Part shown: positions 41,324 through 64,000 of the stretch, piece by piece
Layout of the letters: every line of letters starts with the position of its first letter
Numbering within the stretch: position 1 is the stretch's first letter
DNA from: the human T2T-CHM13v2.0 reference genome, Homo sapiens
NCBI RefSeq assembly: GCF_009914755.1
Contig: NC_060936.1
Direction: 5' to 3' (one strand)
Length of the DNA stretch: 64,000 nucleotides
Program-made: the position numbers and the translations under genes
The notes under the pieces: generated by a model
Database searches by the model: none
Told to the model about the DNA's origin: nothing
The model's input: the letters and a program-made list of their open reading frames with translations, nothing else

Positions 41324-44300
41324 ATCGTTGTTTTCCCAGTCTGGTCCTCTGCAGTGGCTCTGTCCTCTCCCTCCTCCTGGGGTCCCGCCCCTGAGTGGGG
41401 AGGGATCAGCCCAGCCCAGAGCAGCTTAGCTTGGCCCAGCCCGTGCTTCTTTGGACTCACCCCACCCCAACTTAGCTCACTTTCTCCTCAATTCCAGGCC
41501 CAAAGCCTGTAGGGGAATTGTCTGGGAGCCAAGTGGTTTCTGCTCTCCGACTCTCTCCTCCAGATGTCTGCACCTGGACCAAGGGACACCATCATTCTTG
41601 GGGCTTCTGGCATCTGAGGGAAGGACCTCAGTGGCATAGGACCCCATAAGATGTGGGAGGAGGCATGGCCATGGGACAGGCACTTAGCAAAATGCATGTG
41701 TGGAATGTTCACAGGTGGGACCAGGAGGGGCTAAGGCCAGTGAGGGCATGTGCAGCACTTCCCTGACACCCTTAGAGCTGTCCAGGAGCGGGTCCTGAGA
41801 ACCCTGGTTCTGTCCCCTCCACAGTGTAGTGGGGGAAGGAGGAAGACAGGCCCACACCGTAAAGCTCCCCCAGCCCCTCTTGTTCTGAGTGGTTTCTTCA
41901 GGTTGTGGTTGGACTGGAATTGCGGTTGGAGGCTGGAAGAACCAGGTGTATGTTAATCATGGCTCAGGATAGAATACGCCAGTTTATTTATTCTACCACA
42001 GTCATGGCAGTGAGGCTTGAGAGACTTGCTTGCTCTGCCTACCTGGGGTAGGGTAAAGGTGGGGCCGCCCAAGGAGGCCATCCACTTCCTCTGGCTGTGG
42101 GATGGATAGGAAGGGAATGGAGTGGGGGAAACAGGAAAGATCGGACAGATGCTGAAAGAGAACAAGACACAGACACAGAAATGCAAGCGATTCCCTCCTG
42201 TCCTCAACCATCTCAGGTGTGTGCTGTGCTGCTGGGGTGGGGAGGCTCACAGCCCCCGTCTCTGGGGAATTTGGGTCTTAGGGACGTAGGAACCGAGTCC
42301 TAATATCTCTCCCCACTCCCACGATAACCTCCACCACCCCCTCCCTCCTCGCAGCCGATCCTGCAGAGCACCTCCCCCTCCAGAGCCCGCCCTGTGGAGG
42401 GCGCGGGCGGGAGCGAGCTATGCACCCGTCTCTGGGATCGTCGGGGTACAGGGAGGGAGAGGGCGCTTTCTAGGGTCCGCCTCCCTTTCCTTCTCGCTGA
42501 TACTTCCGCCGCCCCCTACTCTGACAAGCGCGGCTGTAATTAGGCTGCGGGGTCCCGGGCTCTCCGCCTCACTCCGGCGGATAATGAGATAAAGTGTCAG
42601 AGACACGGCGAGAACAAAGAGACAGAGACTCGCTGCGATGTGTGTGGGGGGGGCGGGGGAGCGGGGCTGACGGGCTGTTAGAGCCTCCAGCAGCCCAGCC
42701 CTCCCGAGAGCCCGCGCCTCCAGGGCCCAGGAAGGGAGGGCGTGTCCTGTCACCCGCGCACCCCAGCCCTCCAGTCTCTGGGACCAAAAAACAATCCCAG
42801 AGCTCAAACTCGAGCGGCCGCACAACTGGGCTGCACATCTGGTTCTCTGTGGCACAGCTGGGGAGCCAGGACGCCGGAAGGGGCGCCTGGTCCTTGCGCC
42901 TTTGCTCACAGGCCCTCGCCTGCTTCCTTGTGCCCTTTGTTCTGAGTTCCGGTGACCCCGGCCAGGTCCCAAATTCTCCGTCGCGCTCCTTTTCCAGAGC
43001 CGCCGCTGTCCCTCCGGCCTTGGGCCTCCGCCCCGCTCACCGAGATGCAACGTTACATTATTGCCTCCGCTCCGCCTCTCCGCCACTCTCTGACCCTTCT
43101 CCTGCTTCTGGTCCCTGTCTCTGTGAATTTATTTCTAAGCCCCCTTCCATCTTTGGTTCCCGTCTCTGGCTCGTGGCCCATGGGGCCGATCTGGAATACA
43201 GGACTCCTTGGGTTCCGGATCCCATCTCTCCTCGCTCCCCACACTTTCCCACCACGAGGACTCAGGCCACGCTGGCCCAGCGGGGTGAGGGACCGCAGGA
43301 GTCATTAGCCGCAGATTAGGCACGGCCCGGGATCCCGCTGGGACTGGACTCCAAGCGCTAACCCGCACCAGGATCCCAATCCGCGCGCTGGCTGCACAGA
43401 GGGTCAAAGGCAGCGGGACTCAGCGGATCGAGCGTGTTGCAGGGGCCGTGGGCTCGGGCGCCCCCTGGAGGCCGAGCGGCCCCCAAGCTCGGGGAAGAGG
43501 CCTTGGGCACCCCCTGTCGGGCAGTGTCGACCCTGCACTCCCGGCGTTCGGGCCGCTAAGTTGGTGCCTGGAGTGTCCGTCCACGCCCAGCCCGTCACTC
43601 CGCCACTCCCGCCTCCAAGACAGTGGGTCCTGCAGCCTCCACTCTTCTGGTGTGAGATGGGACCGGAGGGCGGAGAGGGGACGCGGAAGCTCCTATCTCT
43701 CCAGCCACAATCGGCACCCAGGGTTCAGGCGGGTTCCTCTTCTGGGGTTGGGCATCCTCAGATGCCTGGGGGCCGGGGAGGCGGGGGCTTCATCTCTGCT
43801 TCTGGGCTGCAGATTCGAGATTGCCCTAAGCCCTCTGACCCGGCCTGTCCTAGCCTCTGGCTGCCCTTCTTTCTGCCTCTTGTTCTTTCTGCCTTCTGTC
43901 TGCTTCCTGTCTCTGGGTATGTCCATCTCTCTCTTCCCTATTCTGGCTGTGTCTGTCTGCTCTCCCTCTTGCTGCCTTCCCTACCTGGCTTTGTCCCTCT
44001 GCATCGGTTTTTCTGTGTCTCTTTGTGTCTCGCTCCCTCCCTCCACATCTCTCCATCTCACTGTGTCTCTCTTTACTAATGCCTCTCTTTGTCTCTGTCT
44101 TTATCTCTGTCTCTCCCCAACCCCACTCCCCAGCTCTATTCCTATTCTCTGGGTTGCTGCCTCTGGGGACTGAAGCAGCCCAACAGGGCAGCCCGGAGAC
44201 GCCTCGGGGCACTGCCCGGGGTCCTCATCCTGGTCACCTCCACATGCCCGTCAACTCCGCGCAGCGTTGATCTTCCCGCTGCGGCTGTGGGACGTGGAGG

Positions 44301-44796
44301 GGCGCCCGGAAAGGAAGACACAGGGCCCAGCATCTGCTCGGGAGCCCCGGGGCCCCTGACCCCCCTCTGCCATTATTAAGGGCGCCTGGTCCCGAGGCAC
44401 CGAGATGATCATGATTGCATCAGCCAGACAGAAGCGGAGCCGGGAGCTGCGCGGTGAGCGAACGAGTGAGACAAAGCCGCCCGCGCCATCTGTTTATGCA
44501 AAGCGCTCTCCGCCGGGGACCCCGGCGTCCCGGCTCCTGGCCGGGCTTGGGGCAAGGGTCATAAGCCCATTCCCACCCGGCGCCCCCACCGCGCCTTGGC
44601 TTCCCCTCTCCTCAGCACCCAGAGGGCCGCTGGGCGAGCGGAACGGAAAGGGGGCGGGGGTGTTGATGTGATTGGAGCGGACGCGGCTGTTTCTTCAATA
44701 ATGGATGGAGATGATGCGGATGGCGAAGCCGAGCTGGCCGGGAGAGGAGAGAGGAATAGAAATGGGGAAAGGAAGGAGTGGGGGCGGGAGACTCAC

Positions 44797-45040
44797 CCCG
44801 GCGCGCGCACACACACACTCGCGCGCGCACGTGCGTCACACTGTCATTCGGATACACGCCGCCGCGCGGCTCACACCCAGGCACACGCCTACGCACTGTC
44901 ACTGAGACACACATACCTGCAGGCGGAGACGCGATGGCAACACACACTCCCCGCTGGCTCTTCCTGATTTTCACACATACACAGACCTGCAGGCGGAGAC
45001 GCACGGAAACGCCCCCACGCGGAGGCACACCCGGGCAAAA
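44797..45040 (-). other. NDUFA4L2: Probable upstream non-coding first exon of NDUFA4L2 (distal promoter in a CpG island)
   Basis: Strong minus-strand donor GG|GTGAGT at 44796 inside the CGI, and an acceptor CTGCAG ending at 41349 just upstream of the ATG exon. The 5' boundary is approximate. Confidence 0.55.
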
Positions 45041-47710
45041 TCACCCAGATGGGAGCTGGGGACGGGGAAGTGGACAAACCCGACAGATATAGACACACTC
45101 AGGGGCACAGACACACACCCGGGCACAGAGTCGGACACACCTGGGGCTCAGGTAGACACACCTCACATACCCAGGGAACAAACGGACACACACTAACCAC
45201 ACGCCGGAGATACAGACGTCCATAATTGCCAGGGGCACGGAGAGCCCACCCACACCCACTCAGAGGCTAGCACACCTTAGCATATGCAGGAGTTGCCATC
45301 TGTGCCCTGCGGGGTGGAATGTGGCAGGGAGGTCGTCAGGGTCTCCGGAGCAGGCCTTGTTAGCCTAGCAGTATGATGAGGTCTTGGTGACAGGAGGCGC
45401 CTGGGGCTGTGGACTAGGAGGCCCGTGCACCAGGGCTTAGCTGTCTGCAAGCTTCCTTGACTGGCCCCTAGGGCGGGTAGCGCCGACGTTGGGCTGCCCC
45501 TGAGCAGCAGACCGGGCGGACCCCACTGACCCAAATCGGGCAGTTTCGTGGAGGGAGAGCCTAAAGGGAACACTGGAGCTGCACCGAGAGATTCTCAGGA
45601 TCCCCAACACTGCTGCTGGTGGGGTTTATAGAAAGGGTCACTCTGTACTCTGCCTTTTCCCCCCGTGCTGCCCAGTCTTCCAACTTCAAGGGGCACGTGT
45701 GTGTGTGTGTGTGCGCGCGCGCGCGCTGAGTAGAGTGGGCAGTGGAGGAGGTTGGGGTGCCGGTTGTCTTGTACCCCAGTACCGGCCCTTCCTCGGATCT
45801 GTTTTCAATTCAGTCTGCTCCTTGGCCCAGACTTATGACCTTTGCAGCATGCGGCAGTATCATCCATCACCCAGGCGCCGTTTAGGGGGATGGAGGGCGC
45901 TGGGAGCTCACATAGGGTCGCTGTCACGCCTGCCGCCCTCTCTGGGGACCTGCTCTCCGGCCCGCGGGCCAGGGCTTAAGAGTCTTGGTGAGTAATGACG
46001 GGAGGGTGTGACCGTGGGGCTCGATCGGGACACTGGGTCACATGTCCCCACCCCTGGTACCCTAGCACCCCTCCTTCTAGTTCAGCACAGCCTGTTTCCC
46101 CGCTTTTCCCGCCCCCCTTCTCTCGGGCCCTTTGCTTAATTTCCTATTAACTGCTGATAAATCCAATTAAACCGCCGCTCTAATTAGGGACAGCTGCCGG
46201 CTCAGTGAGGCTAGGGAGGGGGGCGCCCCCCGAGTGTTGGGGGAGAACAGCCGCTCTCCCTGCTTCTCGGCATCCGCACACCAGCATTGCCGCCCAATGA
46301 GCCAGTAAATTGGTTTTGCCTTAGCATTGGCGGGGGTCTCTCGAGGATCTCGGGGGGCTCTGATTTTGAGTCCCTCAGACCTTGATGAATAGAGACGACC
46401 CGAGCCCTCGCGGTCCCTCCCCTCATACATTCCTGGTAGGTGGATTTCAAGGAAGGATAAGGACAGAATGCTTGATTTGCGTGTGGTTGGTGTGTGTGTT
46501 TGCCTGTGATCTGTTCCTATTCCAGCTCAATCGCGATTAAAGGGGGGGTCTTCTTTAATGACTCCGCCCCCACCCCCTCAGGCATCCGGGACCGTCAAGG
46601 GCAAAGGGAACAGAAAACTGAACCCGGTTCTGCAGAGTCTTCTTGTGTGCTTCCCTACCCCCATCACACCTCAGCCTTCTGGAAGGGGGGCGCGCCCGTC
46701 CCAGGCCTCCTCTTCCCCAGCCCAGCTGAGCCTCTGCCCTCCCCCCGCCAGCAGCAGATGGTGCCCGGGCTCCCGCTGCCAACCTTGCTAGGCGGTGCCA
46801 ACCTCGGTCCTGGCAGACAACGGGCAGACGAGAAGAGGAGCTCCTGGCTGGCCAAGCCGACCCTCCCCCACCCGGCATCGAGCTCAAGACCCCCCCCACA
46901 CACGCCTGCCCCACTCCAGCGACCACCCCAGCCTGCCTCTCACTGGGTCCGCTCTCAGGTCCCCAAACTCCTCGTCTCCTTCTGCTCCCTTCCCCACACC
47001 TTCCTGCTCCTCGCCACCTGCCGCCCTGACCAGGGCCGGCGTATTTGCATATTTGCATATGCAAATAATAACATTTGCATACGGTGCTCCGCAGGGGTGT
47101 CTCCGCGAGAGCCGGTTAGCTGTCTGCCCTCCGTTCTCACTCGGTACCTGTCGGAAAGGGTTAGGGCAGGGGCCGCGCGGGTGGGGTTAGGCCCCCGGCC
47201 TAGCTAGCTCGGTTCTCGGAGGACTTGAGGAAGTGTTGCCATGGAGACGGCACGCACCCCACCCCCTCCCAGGCCCAGGGTCTCGGGCTTGGTGTCTCTG
47301 GTTGTCTCCCCTTACCCACCCTCCACCCCCTCCCCATCCCTCGCTCTCCAACCGAGATCTTGCATCGCCCCCTGGCGGCCTAGCTCGGCGCCAAGCCAGA
47401 TTCCGAAATGCAAGGGGCTGCCTGCGGCTAAATCGCCAAGAGCAAGGGGGGACTTACCCTACTACAAGATCCTGCTCCCAACCGCTGGGGCGCGGGGGCG
47501 GCGACTCCAGCCCTGCGCTCCCCTTTCTTTACTGACTACAGAGGCCTCACCTGGCGGGCGCACTTCCCACCTCCCGCCAACCTCAGCCCAGATGGGTCTC
47601 AGGTTACCCGATGGTAACGAGGCGGGACAGCTAGGGAGGATTCTCCACCCCTCCGCAGGCCCTCTCCTCAACCCCAGTTAAATAACAACTTTTCTAAGTT
47701 TTGTCAAAAG

Positions 47711-47716
47711 TTTAAT
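47711..47716 (-). terminator. STAC3: STAC3 polyadenylation signal ATTAAA
   Basis: TTTAAT on the + strand, about 330 nt after the STAC3 stop codon, in an AT-rich island. Confidence 0.75.
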
Positions 47717-48048
47717 AAATTCGCAACATTCGACAGTTCGCCCTCCCTCGCCCCCGCCCCCCGCCCCAGTCCCTGGCTCCTCCTAGTAGATACGCGTTTT
47801 TTTCCAGCTCTTGCAAGCGGGGCCTGAAAGGTTTCGGGTCCGGGCTGCTCTGGGCAGCAGGTATCCGAGGCCCCAGGCTGGGGAAGGGGGCGAGAACCAG
47901 TCCCTTCCCGGAAGCCCCGTCGCGCTCAGGCGGGCCTTCCTACCCCTCCTCTCCCAGCAGTCCCGTTGCTTTCGCCCCCCTCCCCAAACTCCACTGGGCC
48001 CGCCCAGAATGGGGTGTGGGTGTCTCCCGCTTGCAGGCGCCCGCACGC

Positions 48049-53884
<5,836 letters not shown>

Positions 53885-53981
53885 CTATGAAATCTAATCC
53901 CTTTCATTCTTCTCTCCCTTTCTGTCCCTTGCAGTAGGGTGGTCCTCAAAGGGGAGGCTTTCGGAGAAATGTGATGAGAGA

Positions 53982-54269
53982 TTTTGCTGTTGTTACTGTT
54001 GAGATGGGGTCTCACTCTGTCACCCAGGCTGGAGTGCAGTGGCGTGATCATGGCTCACTGCAGCCTCGACCTCCCAGCCTGAAGCGATCCCCCTACCTCA
54101 GCTTCCTGAGTAGCTGGAACACAAGGTGCACACTACCTGGCTACTTTTTTATTTTTTGTAGAGACATGGTCTTGCTTTGTTGCCTAGGCTGGTCCCGAAC
54201 TAGCTCAAGCAATCTTCCTGTTTCAACCTCCCAAATTGTTGAGACAGGCGTGAGCCACTGCACTGGGCC
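53982..54269 (-). mobile_element. Old AluJ-type element
   Basis: Diverged antisense Alu. Confidence 0.88.
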
Positions 54270-54330
54270 AAATACAGATCCTTTGGCAGGTTTTATTAAC
54301 AGATTTCATGGAGGTCTAGAAAAAAGCTTA

Positions 54331-54742
<412 letters not shown>

Positions 54743-55219
54743 TCAAAGCTGCGTGGTTTACGTCATTTTCCTATAGGTACTTTGTTTCTCCTGGAAATCT
54801 GTGGGCAACAGAGATGTGATGCATACCTTCCCAGATCTCCTCTCTTCAAGAGGTTTAATGTGTGTCCTCGTGTGCACACAAGGAAGGATGGACTGGAGAC
54901 ATTTGTCCTCCCCTACTTTTTTCTTGAGCCCTGGGGGCCCTGTGCCTAGTTCTGTCCCAGCCTGCCTCAGGGCTCAGCTATTTTAAGTTTTCAGGGTAAT
55001 ATGAGCCTTTCCTTCCCTTACTACTTCATTCCCTTCACCCCACCCCCACCCCCACCCCCCGCTTCAATCCAAACTCATCCTAGAGTAGAATAATAATTTT
55101 ACGCCTAAAACCCAAAAGACTCACAGACAAGGAGAGAAATGAAGAAGCTGAGTAGATTATAGATCAGGGCAGCTGGGGTGAGCAGTCGTGGAAATCAAGA
55201 GGATGAAGAGGTAACTTAC

Positions 55220-55400
55220 GTTCGGGATTCCCTAAGTCAGTCCACAGGCTGTAGAGGGAGCTGGGAGCCTCGAGGCCTTGATGGTGGTGCTGGGGAAAAA
55301 CTGGTCCTCTTCCTTGGGGGCTAAGCCCCCCCAGTACCCCCTGTGTTCACACCAGCTACCCAGTCGCTATTTGTAGACCTCCTAGCCTCCTGCCTTGGTG
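55220..55400 (-). other. STAC3: STAC3 non-coding exon 1
   Basis: Minus-strand donor AC|GTAAGT at 55219; exon 2 acceptor lies 1 nt before the ATG. The 5' boundary is approximate. Confidence 0.65.
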
Positions 55401-55460
55401 TCAGGGCTGAAATGACAGGGCTGGAGGAAAGTGGACAGCTGAGAAACACAGCTGACACAG
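55360..55460. promoter_or_regulatory. STAC3: Putative muscle-specific STAC3 promoter: paired CAGCTG E-boxes and a MEF2-like site
   Basis: CAGCTG at 55436-55441 and 55449-55454 (also 55170-55175); CTATTTGTAG near 55367; non-CGI promoter. Confidence 0.55.
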
Positions 55461-55714
55461 AGAAATTGGACACTGAGAGGTCTGGGGCAGGGCCGGACCC
55501 TAACTCCTCCCAACCCCCTAGAGCTGCTGTTCCTTGATTCTTCATCTAAGGCGAACAGGTGAATAATGGCTGAATTCAGGAAGGGACAGTTTCTGTTCAT
55601 GCTCATTTAACATTTAAGGGGAGTTTATTTTTATTTTTCATTTATTTTTTGAGACAGGGTAAAAAAAGACTAATTTGAACTCATAGAGCTCTCCTATCAG
55701 CCATACTAGATGGC

Positions 55715-56010
<296 letters not shown>

Positions 56011-56973
56011 AGATTGCTTTTTATCTGTAGGTGGTTGGAGGAGTACTTTGCTATCCTGTAAGAAAGTGAAGAATATGTAGTATTGCTTCATTCCCTCCAG
56101 CAGCTCCCAGAGACATCTCCCCACCCTCCTTCTTGTAAAATTTTGTCCTCAGACTGAAGGGAATTACCAGGGCTATTAAAAAGGGCCAGTTAACACTGGA
56201 CAGAAGCATATAGCTGCCACATAAGGAATTTTTTAAATCATTTCTAAGTAATGTCCCCTTCCTCATGAGAACTGCAAACTCTTAAAGGTAGGATGGCCAA
56301 CCCTCACACTTCCTAAACCCTTTTGATTCCCTGATTCCATCTCCCACCTTTGATGCCTCAGTATATAACTGATGGATCAAAGAGACAGATGCCATTCTCA
56401 TCTCACAGGGGTGCACCCTTCTACTCTTTGGGCTGTGACATGGATGAAAGAGGAGATACTCCCATCTCAGGGGAGAGCAATTTAGAGGTGGCAATGCAGT
56501 GCTGCTCTATTCCTTGTATCTGTAAGAAATAAAGGACTGTGTTGGAGACTGGGTCAGGCAAGCTCCTGTAGGATCGTCGTTAGGGATACAGCTACTTGGA
56601 CCCAAGAGATTTCCAGGGCAACGTGCTTTGTCATTCTCACCCACTACTTTTTTCTATTTAAGGGGGGAGTTTGAAAAGGGGGTGCAGGATGGTTCTGACT
56701 CTGCAGGTTCTTTAATGGCCCTGCTCTGACAGGCTGCAGAACAACAGGGCTTGCTTTGAGATGCTCTAAAGGAAAAGCTCCATCTTGCAGGCAAGATGAC
56801 TTCTGCTCTTCGTCTTTTTTCAGCCACATAGGACAGGGACTGCTGAGCATGTTTGGATAATACAGCATCTTGGCACTGCGAGTTCAGTTGCTGTAGCTTT
56901 CATTGTAATAAAAATCTGCTTCTGTCCCTGACAGGTAAAACCCAATCCTCCAGCTTTAGGATTAAAGAAAGGC

Positions 56974-57259
56974 AGCCAGGCACGGTGGCTCACGCCTGTA
57001 ATCACAGCACTTTGGAAGGCCGAGGCGGGTGGATCACAAGGTCAGGAGTTCGAGACCAGCCTGGCCAACATGGTGAAACCCCATGTCAACTAAAAATACA
57101 AAAATTAGCTGGGCACGATGGGGCACAGCTACTCAGGAGGCTGAGGCAGGAGAACTGCTTGAACTCGGGAGGTGGAGGTTGCAGTGAGCCGAGATATCGC
57201 GCCACTGCACTCCAGCCTGGGCAACAGGGCGAGACTCCATCTCAAAAAAAAAAAAAAAA
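56974..57259 (+). mobile_element. AluS element
   Basis: Full Alu with TSD AAAGAAAGGC. Confidence 0.94.
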
Positions 57260-57307
57260 GAAAGGCCCAAGTTCTCCATCCCTAAAGGGTTTTCAGAAGA
57301 CGAGCTG

Positions 57308-57604
57308 GGCTGGGAGTGGTGGCTCATGCCTGTAATCCCAGCACTTTAGGAGGCCAAGGCGGGAGATCACTTGAGCCCAGGAGTTCAAGACCAGCCTGGG
57401 CAACATGGTAAAACCCTGTCTCTGCCAAAAATAGCAAAAAAAAAAAAAAAAAAGATTAGCCAGGCATGCTAGATCGCGCCTGTAATCCCAGCTACTCGGG
57501 AGACTGAGGCACAAGAATCGCTTGAACACGGGAGGCGGCTGCAGTCAGCTGAGATCTGCCACTGCACTCCAGCCTGGGTGACAGAGCAAGACCCTATCTC
57601 AAAA
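57308..57604 (+). mobile_element. AluJ-type element
   Basis: Alu with ACTTGAGCCCAGGAGTTC and an expanded A-linker. Confidence 0.92.
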
Positions 57605-57989
57605 CTCAACTACAAGGGCCCTAAATGAGTACACAGTACCACAGAATTAATAGTCTGGAAGGAAACCTAGAGGTCACCTACTAAGTCCAAGTCTCTTATT
57701 TTACTGATCTGGACACAGATCCAGAGTTGAGAAGTGATATGCTCGATGAACCACAGTGGCAGAACCGGGAGAGCCCAAAGCCATGGTCCCATTAGAGATC
57801 TAGCCATCTATCAGAACCGTGTACAGGGAAGAGGATGAGACAGAGGGAATGGTGTTAAAATAGTGTGCGTATGCTAGAGAAAGCCATCCCAACCCACGAC
57901 AAACACCTCCAACAGCTGTAGGGCTATACCTACCCAGGGCCTCCAACCCTTTACCCATACCAGGGCGGCAACAGAGAAACAGTGACTGA

Positions 57990-63287
<5,298 letters not shown>

Positions 63288-63914
63288 CTGAAGGGCAGGA
63301 AGAAAGCAGTTGGTTACAAATTCCAACTGTATTTTTGCCTTCCAACTAGCCCTGAGTGGGAAAGCAGCAAATAAATCCACCCATTGCCTCAGGGTCACTC
63401 AAGCTACGTCTTGCCAGGAACCTGAGATGGCTGCTGATGTGGCTTCTGACTCCATCTTCTCAAACCAGTAGAAGTTTGAGTGGAAGGGATATGAGCCCCA
63501 GATGCCAGTGCTCCCCTGGCCTTCACCTGGTGAGGGGTACTTTGGTATGCTTGGCAGAAAACTACTCCATTCTGTCAACGCTGGCTATAACCAAATGCCC
63601 AGGTCAGATTGCTCAAATGTCTAGGCATGGTACGGGTCCAGGTCTGGGCCACAGGCCAGGGCTGCAGACACGTGCAGGCTTTTCTGGTAATGGCTATAGA
63701 TAAGGCAGTGACCTCTGGTTGTTCTGGAGAAGATAAATCCACATAGTTTCACTATGCCAGACCCAGAAAGTACATCTTGGCCAAGAATGGGGTAAGCTGG
63801 GAAGCATTTTAAGCATTTAAGCATGGAGATGTATGTCATATTCAGGAACTGACAAATGATTCAAGGTGCTAAGACACAGGGGCCATATAGGGGAAGCAGT
63901 AGGAGATGAGACAC

Positions 63915-64000
63915 GTTTATTTAACAAACTCTTATTGAACATTTGCTATGTGCTAGTTCCTATGTTGGGCACTGAGTGTACAAAAAACAAGGCTGTCCCT
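63915..64000 (-). mobile_element. L2 3'-end fragment
   Basis: TTTATTTAACAAA..TTATTGAACATTTGCTATGTGCTAG..CTATGTTGGGCACTG. Confidence 0.55.

Overview
Human (or very close primate) genomic DNA, GC-rich and Alu-containing, recognisable as chromosome 12q13.3. Gene order: 3' half of LRP1 (+, 37 exons, partial first exon to stop at 16808, poly(A) signal 17583); NXPH4 (+, 2 coding exons, 308 aa); SHMT2 (+, 12 exons, 504 aa); NDUFA4L2/COXFA4L2 (-, 87 aa, tail-to-tail with SHMT2); STAC3 (-, 11 coding exons, 364 aa); last 5 coding exons and 3' UTR of R3HDM2 (-). Every exon was checked by hand for GT-AG boundaries and continuous phase. The window also holds about 16 Alus, L2/MIR/MER5 fragments, a Y3 RNA pseudogene and several CpG islands. 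No new protein-coding gene or foreign DNA was found. The notable signals are regulatory or structural. (1) A dense HRE cluster at the SHMT2/NDUFA4L2 3' junction lies inside convergent CTCF motifs that enclose NXPH4, SHMT2 and NDUFA4L2. (2) A ~300-bp-arm inverted duplication upstream of SHMT2 has a nested MER5 > Y RNA > Alu > inverted Alu stack in its spacer. (3) Four perfect octamer motifs occur in 38 bp. (4) The LRP1 miR-205 site sits in the loop of an AU-rich hairpin. (5) There are two bidirectional poly(A) elements. (6) An LRP1 intron encodes an in-frame transmembrane-like segment. All functional interpretations are hypotheses from sequence only.
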